A stretch of DNA of 64,000 nucleotides from Plasmodiophora brassicae (lineage: Eukaryota): assembly GCA_036867785.1 (NCBI GenBank), contig CP145418.1:744001-808000 (forward strand). The letters are read 5' to 3'. The position numbers and the translations under genes were made by a program. The notes beneath the pieces were generated by a model. The model made no database searches. It saw nothing but the letters and a program-made list of their open reading frames with translations, and was not told where the DNA came from. Positions 12,288 through 22,261 of this stretch are shown piece after piece. The stretch's first letter is position 1. Each line of letters starts with the position of its first letter.

Positions 12288-12977
12288 CCGGCTCCACGCC
12301 ACCCTCATCATCCGCATCAATTGGTCTCAGCCGTCTCCGGCGCTGAACATCCCAACGTATATGGCAACGACATCGCCATCGTCCTCGGTAACGACATCAC
12401 CGACGGTCCTACCGGCTCCACGCCACCCTCATCATCCGCATCAATTGGTCTCAGCCGTCTCCGGCGCTGAACATCCCAACGTATATGGCAACGACATCGC
12501 CATCGTCCTCGGTAACGACATCACCGACGGTCCTACCGGCTCCACGCCACCCTCATCATCCGCATCAATGGGTCTCAGCCGTCTCCGGCGCTGAACATCC
12601 CAACGTATATGGCAACGACATCGCCATCGTCCTCGGTAACGACATCACCGACGGTCCTACCGGCTCCACGCCACCCTCATCATCCGCATCAATCGGTCTC
12701 AGCCGTCTCCGGCGCTGAACATCCCAACGTATATGGCAACGATATCGCCATCGTCCATGGTAACGACATCACCGACGGTCCTACCGGCTCCACGCCACCC
12801 TCATCATCTGTATCAATCGGTCTCATCGACCTCCACTCAACGACTTCAACCGGCTCCTCGCCACCCTCATCATCCGCATCAATCAGTCTCAGCCCAGGAA
12901 TGTGCCACTCCGGCTCTGAACGTCCCAGCGTATATGGCAACGTCATCGGCATCGCCCACGGTAACGACATCACCGAC
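12288..12977. repeat. Internal 124-bp tandem array, monomer 2 (4 full plus 2 degenerate units)
   Basis: Units at 12288, 12412, 12536 and 12660; the two extra units explain the 248-bp size difference between monomers. Confidence 0.9.
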
Positions 12978-13385
12978 TGCCATCGAACAGACCTAGCGGC
13001 ATCACCGCCACGAATGCACATCCACTCGTTTTCTTGACGTCCACGGCATTGATATCGCCGCCCAAGCGCGGACAAGCAAATTTACACTCAACAATGGCCC
13101 AGAAGTGTGCCATCTCCGACACTGAACGTGTCAACATCCAGGTCCGAAGCAGCTCCCGACACTTCTCTCACCCGCAACTCCAGAACCCTGTCACAGATTC
13201 TGCGAGTCCGAAACAAATATGAGCCGCGTCTCCAGCCAGATCGCACAGTTCTCAAGTTGCGAGCCAGCCCAATCACATCAAGCCGCACATCACGCGCACC
13301 ATCAAGATTCACTTGACCCGCAACCTCATCAAGCCGCTCATCACGCGCACCTTCCACCCCCACATCCCTTTTTGGCGGGGGATGA

Positions 13386-13593
13386 TGTCATGAGTCATCT
13401 CCACCACAATGACTCACGCCACTCACCTTCCGGCATCTAGCCACCTTCCGGCACCAAGCCACGTTCCGAGACCAAGGCCTTCACCAGCCGCGCCCTGGTC
13501 CTCAGTCAGCATTCTCATGTCTACTCGATACACCGCGTGATCGGTAGTCATCGCACACTGTCGTGCACCAGCGTTGTCAGGTAGTTCTCCACA
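13386..13593 (+). repeat. LTR4 (208 bp)
   Basis: Same sequence; preceded by PPT, followed by TSD CGAGC. Confidence 0.95.
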
Positions 13594-13906
13594 CGAGCAT
13601 CGCGCCCAACTACGTACTGCATCAGCTGTTTGTAACCGGGCTGAGGCATTTCTTCTATGCCAGGGCTTCCATGTCGTCGATCATCTTCTGTGTGGTCGGG
13701 GACGCATCGGCAGGTAGCATCGCACGTTACGGGAGGGCGTTGTTTGGAGTCGGCGACTCCCTCCTGGCCTGGGCGCATACTCGCGATGACCCGCGTTCGG
13801 TACTAATCCCACTCTGGATCGCCGACGACGACAGGCGGGTTCTGGAAAGTCACTACCCTTTCTGGAAAATGGTCAACGTTTATGTGTCGGCAAATTATTA
13901 TGTACT

Positions 13907-14141
13907 GTAAGACTAAAGGCGGCGTCGGCAAGACAACTTTCGATGTCAACAAGGTAACTCGCCCACGAAACAGCCTTCCATTCGAGGTCAAGTACGTGAT
14001 CCACCTACACTTCCAAGCCTGCGGTTTGAACGCCGGTATTGCTTTCAGGTAGTAACATGACCTCGAATGGAAGGCTGTTTCGTGGGTTCCTTAGCTTGTT
14101 GACATCGAAAGTTGTCTTGTCGACGCCGCCTTTAGTCTTAC
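13907..14141. repeat. Inverted repeat, 84-bp arms (13907-13990, 14058-14141) with 67-nt loop
   Basis: GTAAGACTAAAGGCGGCGTC...GAGGTCA / TGACCTC...GACGCCGCCTTTAGTCTTAC; one 8-nt mismatched block and one G:U. Confidence 0.93.
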
Positions 14142-15046
14142 CTACATTCGTAGGTGCAGTTATGGAAGGTGTGAAAATGTTCACATTAGTGTGTACAGGT
14201 TAGTGTGGAATGGAGTAGTTGCCACAAGATGATCTCGGTTGTCACGAGCATTAACAACATCGGCGTGCATGTGGAGCACATTCCTGCAGGCTGCACGTCT
14301 CTTGAGCAGCCAGTAGACATCAGGGTCAACCTGCTGTTCAAGACGCGGCTGAACCGGCAATAGGAAAGGTGGATGCTGACAAAACCGCTCGACGACGAGT
14401 TTAGGGCGCCACCGTCGCGCCGCTGTCAACGTGGATAGCAGAAGCGTTGTCAGACTTGTCACCAATAATTTTGCACAATTGCTGGAGACCTCATTTTAAC
14501 AATTAATGAACGAACCTTCTTAGTTACTGCGTTTGTAACTAATCGGCCCATGCCGCCATAGTGGTTGATCGGGGCAACGTCTTGTGCGACTCGGCAACGG
14601 CCAGTTAGTAACCGCCACCGCGAACGAGGTATTATTTTACCAATTGTAGGTTTTGGTGAACCCTGCTACGTACCGGGATTAACCGATTTGCCCTCATTCG
14701 AGGACATTAACCAGGATGTACCATTGTCAAACTCAATGCAACGAAAGCGAATGGTGCTCTCCGGTTCGAAGATGGAACCGCATGCATAATGGCAGCCACA
14801 GTTCGGTGCCCTCGGCCCATTTAAAATCCCCACAGTCTCAACCGTTCCCCCAAATTGATGAGTGGCAGTCATCAACGCGACAAGGCCGCTCGACAATATC
14901 CGATCCGATGTCGCGACGGACAACGTATGCAGCATGGACCCACAGTTTCTGCTGTTAGCTGACCGATGTGCGTTCCTTTTTTGCGGAGTTAATAGAGCAC
15001 CTACGAGGTGTACAGCTCAGTGCGGAATGGCCAAATGGGGAACGAG

Positions 15047-17158
15047 GTGAAGTATCCTATTTAAAGAAACGGGAGGGACTGGATTGCGACACGGAAGGGC
15101 CCAGAGCCGTCGTCGTCGAGGCCGGAATGGACTGAGTGGTTCCTGTGTCAGTGTCTGCAGGCACGGGATTTAACATTCACCTACTCAGCCCCTACGACGC
15201 GCGCGGGGGCCACCAGAAGGCCTGATTTGTCGCATTCTTCACAAGTCCATAGACAAAGTTCTGCTACAAGGGCACCTTTTGGGCGGTGAGTCAATCGCTA
15301 CCCGAATGAGGCTGGTCTATGCTCCTGGCGCGTGCCCTACTGTACCTATGCATGCAGCGACCGGTACGAGGGTGCGCGCCTCGTCGCGCTGTTGGCAGCT
15401 GGCAATACTGGTCCTCGTGGCAATTCTAGTGCTCCGTAACTATTATCTCGGGGTCATCTCGCTTTCAACAGACCCGCGGTCCATGACGACACAAAAGCCG
15501 CCCATCAGGATGTTCGGGTGCAGTTTGAGGGCACCAGCCACTCGAGTCATCCAGAGTGCGTTATGGTTCGTACCGCCTGTGATGAAAACCGTGGAGCGGC
15601 ATACAATCAGTGTCATGCTTGCGCTGATGTCGCGCGACAAGGAGTCCCTTTGTCCACCTGGGAGGTCATCTTGGGTATGGGTCGAAGACGACACCGAACT
15701 CTGTGCTGGCGCCATGGACCACCTCGACAGCATTGATCGCTGGATTGCGTCGTTGGACGATTCGTCAGTCATCAGTTGGCCATGTTGCAGTCTTGTTACT
15801 TAGTTTTTGTGCCGACACAGCAATCCTCTCGTCTACGTGCGGACATCCTTCGGTTTCAACGGGCACGTCGTTAGATGCAAGAAGCATGATGAATTTGTCC
15901 AAGCGGTCGCCGACGTTCAGGTAGTGTTCATGTAATAACCGAAATGAATGCACGTTTGTCAGCCCCGGTCACAGGGAGAGCCCGCGATTGACGATCGACT
16001 GGCGGAGCTGTTAACAGGTCGCACTGCAGTCTACAGATGGAACTTGTTCAACCATCGCGCAGGCAAATCGACCATTCAAGTCGGATCGACTGGACGTCGA
16101 GATTTAGTGACGCCAACGTGCTACCAGTTGAACACAGCGACGCTCATCTGGCGTGAACAATACGACTCTAGATGCCTTGCCGTCGCCTCCGCGTTCTCAC
16201 CCTGTACAGAGTACATTGCACCAGTCGCGATGTTCCCTTCCGTCCCTGTTCGATTCCCCGTTGCCTCCGAGCAAGATTCTATCGTCACCGTTGGAGATGG
16301 GACCTGCGATGAGATCTGCGCACCGGGAAGGTGTTCGGATGAGCGCCTTCAGTTGCTGAACGAGCGCATGAAATATGATGGCGTCGTACCGGTCCTGAAG
16401 GACGGTTCACCGGCTTGCGATGTCTTGACAGGGAGCTCGTCCGATGCTGATGACCAGCCGATTGTGGTGGACAACGTCTGCTACGCGCGTATGGGACGCC
16501 TTCCCGTGTGCAGTGGTACCGGCGTTAAAAAGATTTGCACGTGCGAGGCCTGATAATACGTTGAGTACATCTGGCCTGAAGGGACGGGTCCGTACTTTAT
16601 ACAATTCTAAGACGGTCATGATTGAACAGAACCGAATGGGGATCCAGCTCTTTTGGCAGACAGTTGCACAGGCGCCGAACGTCGTGCCGTGATATCTGGC
16701 AATCCAGCATGTGCTCCTTGCCGTTCACGATACATGTGCCAGCAGAAGTTATCGCAGGGAACTCACGCCCGTCCTGCGTGGTGCATGCGACGCAAGGCTC
16801 ACCAGCAGCTCTAAACATGTCACAATTGTTGATTGCAGGCAGCATGGCTTCGTCACATGCGCCGCCTGACGATTCGCATGCACGGTCACAACTCCAGCCC
16901 AACCTGGAGCACCCCTTTCAGCATCTGACAAGGCGATAGTTTGACCTCCTTCCTTACGGCGCCAGTTGTAAAGATGCAGCGCTGGGAGGAATCGAATGTT
17001 GATCAGAATAGCAGTACTTCAAATCGCTTTTGAATCGATTGCCGGACACGGTGCTCTCCGACGTGAACAGGCACCGATTGGAGCAGTGGCGGAAGGTCTC
17101 CATCGACGACGCGTTACTCGTCCGTGCAATACAGCAAGCAACGCAAAGCGAGTGGCGC
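15047..17158. repeat. Segmental duplication block C (paralogous to 6941-8938)
   Basis: Collinear similarity as for block B. Confidence 0.9.
15348..16553 (+). CDS. GT54/MGAT4-like glycosyltransferase with MGAT5-like C-terminal domain (paralog C)
   Basis: Same motifs and intron positions as paralog B; ends KKICTCEA*. Confidence 0.6.
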
Positions 17159-17592
17159 ACACAGCAATTCCACGCTTCCGAACACCCTGCACCACAGGCC
17201 TAGCGCAAACGAAACTGAGCGAACCGCTAGCCGGTGACGGTTGAATACAAGTCCCTTACCTCGACTGGCAGTGCCACGCTGCAGCATCCGTTGGCGAACT
17301 GGTGATGTCGGAAGCATATCCGCCCATCGCTATCAGCAACGATCCGTCTGTCCATCTTCGTGTACAGGCATTGCTGAGATGGGCGTTTAGCGATCTCCTG
17401 CCACACCGGCAGGCCCGTCTGCGGCCAGTGCAGAAGCGCGGCCAGGCGCCGAGGCGACCGCGCCGCCGGCCGCGCCCCGCCCGACATCAACCGGATCTGG
17501 ACGGTGATGCTGACGAGGAATCCCACGACAATGCAGCCGACGACGACCGCATATCGGTTGGACGGCGACGGCGCCTGCGTCCGCGGGCGCAT
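16954..17592 (-). CDS. SPRING1/UPF0454 (C12orf49)-like Cys-rich type II membrane protein
   Basis: TM, then IVADSDGRIC..NGCC, CVACC, FRHCSNRCLFTSES..NRFKSDLKYCY pattern; one intron. Confidence 0.75.
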
Positions 17593-17845
17593 CACATGCC
17601 CGTCTGACGCGCCCCTCTGGCCGCCGTCACCCCGACCGACAGCCGTCGGAGTTGTATTTTGCTCGGTGTAACACATGGGAGCACCTGCAGTCGCCCTCGG
17701 CCCACCGACCGACTGGGACTGCAGCAAGTGCCCCCGCCCTGATGACTGCATCCGGGAGAACGTCGCAGCAGTGGCTCTTTATTTCTGGCAGCGGTTGTCT
17801 GTGCGATCGGGTACGGTAGGCGGCCGGTTAGGTGATCGTCGGGAA

Positions 17846-20800
17846 ATGGATGGAGTCATCATCGACGTCAGGGACCAGGGCACGACCGAGCTGGACCATG
17901 TGGACAGCCGCGCGAGGAAGAAGGCCGTGTTCGCGTTCCTGCAGGACAACCACCTGTCGGAGTGGGTCGTCGTTGGCCGACTTGGCGCGTCGCTGCGAGT
18001 CCTTGGTCAGTTCGCCAGGGTTGGCCCCCTTTTAGACCGAATGCGCTTACGCCGGTTGCGATAGACATATCGAATAACCTGCTGACGGTTCTACCCGAAC
18101 AGTCATTCTGGGAGAATGCCGTTGCACTTCAGTTTCTATACCTGCACGACAACGCCATTACGTCACTGCCGTCGATCAATGATCTTGTCAAGTTGCGTTC
18201 TTTGATCGGTTCGTTACTATGCATACATGTATTGGTATGATATGCAAGTCCCACCATGTGTTATCCGTTAGGCCTCTCCCTTCACGGAAACCCGCTCGCC
18301 TCACGCCCCACATACCGGCGAATCGTCCTTGCCATTCTCCCAGGCATTAAAATGATCGACAACTACCTCGTGTCGGACCAGGAGCGACTTCGCGACGTCA
18401 AGATGGGCGAGGATTTCAAGCCGATGGGCCCGGCATTCTGCTTTCCTAAGTTTCAGACAGAATTTGGCGTCCAACTCGTACGTCCTGTTGTCACCACTTT
18501 GTGAAATCGCGCTCATGACGACGACGACGACAGCCCGAATGTCGGAGAACGTTGAATGCCTACGTGGCAGGACTCAACCGTGCGTATGCAAGATTATCTC
18601 CCATCATTACGATTCAAACTGCCGTCCGCAACTGGATCGGGCGGCGTCATCGTCCCCGGATCGATAGGAGCCTAGAGTCAATGATCGACAGGATCTCGTT
18701 TCTCCCGCAAGGAGACATGGAGAAAGAGGTAAGCAGGGTTACTCGTTCGTTTCGTTGGACGATCGCGTTAACCCTGTGCAGGCGGATGAGGACGACGCTG
18801 AAACTGGCAGCGAGGCCAGCGTGGAAGATCCCGAACGCGAGAAGGCGCGCGTCACCGCCGCTGCTGCCCGCCAGCAGCTAATGCAGCAACTCGCGAGCAG
18901 CGTTGTTCTTGTTGGCACCGATCCGCTAGGCGTCTTCCATCGTATGCTGACGCAGGTGCAAAGTGCAACACCAGAGAACAGCCGAACCGAGGGTTCGTTT
19001 TGTAAGTGCCATTGCGAACGTTGGCTCTTAACACGACTTGGCGTCCAGGGGCCAAAGAGTCCTTGGACTTTTACAAGAGCGTACCTTTAAGTTTGTTCCT
19101 GGACACTCGTGGTCACATGCACGCTTACCACGAGGATCGCACAATGGAACAGGTCTCACGACCGGCTCGGAACATTGAGCACAATCACTGACCTGCTCAT
19201 AGTGTATTGAAATCAGTTCACGGTGGTCGCGAATGCTGCCTTGTCCGATGATTCGTCGACGTTTGTGCCACGTGCGAACGATTGACCGCGACGCTTTCGA
19301 CCGCGGGTGCCTGTACCGGAACCAGGCCGTCTACAACGACGCCCGTCGGCTGCATCGGTTCACCTTGCCGGATTTTGTATCCAGGGACATGCTGATCCGG
19401 CTCGTCGAGAACTATAATACTGGGGCTCAAGAACCGATCGTTGTCTTTACGTACAAGATGGCTTTGGCTCAATGGGCCGCGCTGGCCATTCAGTCCACAT
19501 GGAGGTCGTACAAGGTGACATGTCAGCAATTGCTGTGCACAGCCTAGTTTGTGACCCTGTCTAACAGGTGCGAACTGTATGGTTGCCTTCCCTATCGCTG
19601 GCTAGGATATTCCACCGAGCAAGAAATTGCATTATTCACTGGTGGCGGTACCGGTTGCTTCGTCTGCGAATGGAGATGCTCAGCGGGGCACGACGGGCGT
19701 GTGAAGCCGTTACGTCAGGCGATACAATCGTTACACGGCGGGCACTCGAGCTCGTGCTTGCTGCACCCAGTCCGATTCACCGGCTTGGTCTGTTCCCGGA
19801 ACATCGAACGGTGTTTGATATTGTTCGTCTCGACGAAAACGGGGCACAATCATCGGCTCCTCGCATAGGGAAGCCAACATGCACGGTCGTTCACTACGTT
19901 GACCCATCAACGCCAACGAGGTTACTGCTTCTTAGTGCATATGATAGCTCTAGACTGACGAAGGTTTGTAGGGCACTTGTTCCACAATGGTTTCAATGGA
20001 ACTTGTCGGGGCTGCTGGAAGAGAGGCCGCCGGCAAGCGACGTTTCGCCTTTTCTAGAGAAGGCCCGGCGTCTTCTGCAATGGGACGCCGTCCAAGACAT
20101 CCAGGTAAGGTGTCCGAACTTCCTTGAAACTATGCGACTCACGCGCCCCCTCATAGTTCGAGACTTCATCAGGACACGATGGACAGAACGCTCAAGTATT
20201 ATCAGGCGTTGAGAACATTGCCCAGTGGCACATCGAATTCCGGACGATGGACGACGCCCGTCTGCGAGCCTTCATATTGTACATTGGAACTTGGGACCCG
20301 GTGTCCCGCAGCTACTGCCAGCTGAGGCCCGCTGTGCTTCAAAGTGGGCGCTTCGTCCCTGTGGGCCAGGTTGCTTGCACCCAGTATCCATCGTCACGTC
20401 AACCGTAACGTCCTGTCAGGAAATCGAATACCCGCAAGCGTACCGAGAGGTTCCTGGCAAGCAAGCTGCGCAACCTGAGATCGATACCGATGCTCGTCAG
20501 GTTGAATCGGGCGAGATCACCAATAGCGTCAACATCAGAGGTGTCTCCGCTTTAAACGACCAGCTGGAAAGGTACGTGCTGTATGCGGTTACGGTTCGCT
20601 ATGAGTTCCGACTCTGTGGCGTCTGCTAACAGGCACCTGGTCGAAGTCGACTCAGAGCAACTCCAGATGCATAACCTTGACCCGGCACTGGTTGGTGCAC
20701 AGTACGAGTTCGACGACGATTTCGTCTGCCTCGACGATTTCGTCTGGTCGTCCGAGGTGAAATAGTCTATGGCCACCGAGACATCGTCGCATTCACTCAT

Positions 20801-22261
20801 TGTCTTTGTTCAAGATGAAGTCCATGTGGGAATTTGAGCTCGATCTGCAGCACCGACTGGATTGGCAAACGCAGAATCTGATCGTTCGATCATTCGGTCT
20901 GTATCTGTGGCCATGAAGGTTCCGCACGGTGGTGACTCTGCTCTTGACAGATCCCGCCGTTGTCAGTGACGAGGACACCGCGAGAACGCCCCGGGATCGA
21001 AATGCGCTCATGGCGCAATCGACAAGGGAACAGTCCCAGAAACTGATGGAAGAGAAGGATCGCCTAGAATCCGAGCGATATGCTGAGGTTCGCGAGGCCA
21101 TGGAAAGGATGCGCGATGTTCACCAGATTCGAGTCGCCATCAACCGCGCTACTCATCGGCGCGTCGAATCCGGTCTGTGCAATGCCACGCGTACAGCTGC
21201 TCCCCACAACTCATCCGGGCATGCACCAGATCATTGCCAGCCTGAAATCGAGTCTGCTAGAAGTGAGAGGGACGCCATGATTGAGTCGCGTATAAACCGA
21301 TTCAAGGTACAGACGTAACCTTGCACGGAAACCCATCATCCCCACTGGTGCCGTCGTCTAGGCCCAACGACGGCAGTTTCTGAAGGACCAGTTGGTCGAG
21401 AAGCGCATCAACGAAGTGCAGCAACGAAATGCGAAGGCAATCGACAAGCACACGATAGCGATAGCCAGGCGTGCGGCACAGGTGAGGCCCTGCCCAGATG
21501 TCAGCCGCACACTGTCTGACGCGTTGCAGGTGGCGATCGAAGACCGGGTGAAGGGCCTCCGACAGAAGTACGATGCCGGCGCACAGCAGCGTAGCCGTCG
21601 GATCAAGTCCATTCAGCACTCCATGCACTTTCAGCGACAGATTTTCCAGATCGCCAAACACGTAACTCCTCGGGTGCTCTCCTTCAGCGTCCCTCGCCGG
21701 TTAACGTTTGGGGCTCGGTCAGGTGACAGGAGCGCAACTGGAAGAGAATGCACGGCAGCGGCAGTTGCAGGTCACTCGCGATGTCCAGAAACGTCGAATC
21801 ATGGACGGCCGAAGGAGGCAGTACATTCACAACACGTTGCTGGCCGACTTCAACCGCAAGCGACAGAACGCGATCGCTCAGGTTGACGTCGAACGTTCCA
21901 GACTGGGCTACTAATCGTTGCTGACGCGTGCGTCGAACAGCAATTGCAGATTCGGGATCAGATCGAGCAGCGCCGGCTGGAGATGCAGAACAACCTTGGC
22001 CTGCTGAAGGCAGAGCGACATCACATCCGGGCGATGCGGGAGATGATCGACGAGGACATCGACGCGTGCCGAGAGGACCCTGTGCAAGCACTTTCGGACG
22101 AAGGCAGCAGCAATGACGTACAGGAGCACGTCAGGCCACGGCCCAACACTCAAGCCGCCCTACTGCAAGCCACCGATCATGAACTGCTGGATCGGATCAG
22201 CGCGCTCGAGGAACTCGCCGACCACGTACGACAGGCGTGCACCAAGGCCTTCATAACATAG
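17846..22261 (+). CDS. Leucine-rich repeat and IQ-motif coiled-coil protein (LRRIQ3-like), multi-exon
   Basis: LRRs (DISNNLL, LQFLYLHDNAIT), LRRcap LSLHGNPLASRPTYRRIVLAILPGIKMID, IQ motifs ITIQTAVRNW and AALAIQSTWRSY, coiled-coil tail. Confidence 0.75.

Larger units (their letters stand above)
9725..13593 (+). mobile_element. Non-autonomous LTR retrotransposon inserted as a head-to-tail dimer (monomers 9725-11532 and 11538-13593)
   Basis: Four 208-bp TG...CA LTRs; PPT GGCGGGGGATGA before LTR2 and LTR4; 5-bp TSD CGAGC at 9720-9724 and 13594-13598; no RT/IN motifs seen. Confidence 0.93.
9451..13990 (+). pseudogene. Decayed YqaJ/lambda-exonuclease-like PD-(D/E)xK nuclease ORF with piggyBac-like YxKTKGGV motif, interrupted by the LTR dimer (pieces 9451-9724 and 13599-13990)
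   Basis: DIGLVAHKNIPLAAASYDG, ILEFKT, EHRAQ../LHQLFVTG read across the insertion site; in-frame TAG at 9571 and a frameshift; YCKTKGGVG at about 13903. Confidence 0.65.

Noticed and set aside
10475-12977. 124-bp repeats as a CRISPR array or mucin-like CDS
   Set aside because: Contiguous units without unique spacers; unit length shifts the frame and contains stops; lies within the LTR element
9725-13593. Simple assembly duplication, or an autonomous retrotransposon
   Set aside because: A single TSD, a mechanistically interpretable junction and monomer-specific variants argue against an artefact (not fully excluded without reads); no RT YxDD, protease or integrase motifs found
13915-13950. 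KGGVGKTT..VN, resembling the ParA/MinD deviant Walker A motif
   Set aside because: No surrounding ATPase ORF; the inverted arm reads KTKGGVD and the context fits a transposase YxKTKGGVD motif with a D-to-G change
14140-14155. Small hairpin ACCTAC-ATTC-GTAGGT as a Helitron 3' end or terminator
   Set aside because: No downstream CTRR and no matching 5' end; too short to be significant
14666-14935. Cys/His-containing minus-strand ORF fragment
   Set aside because: Probably more TE debris but cannot be assigned to a family from the sequence alone
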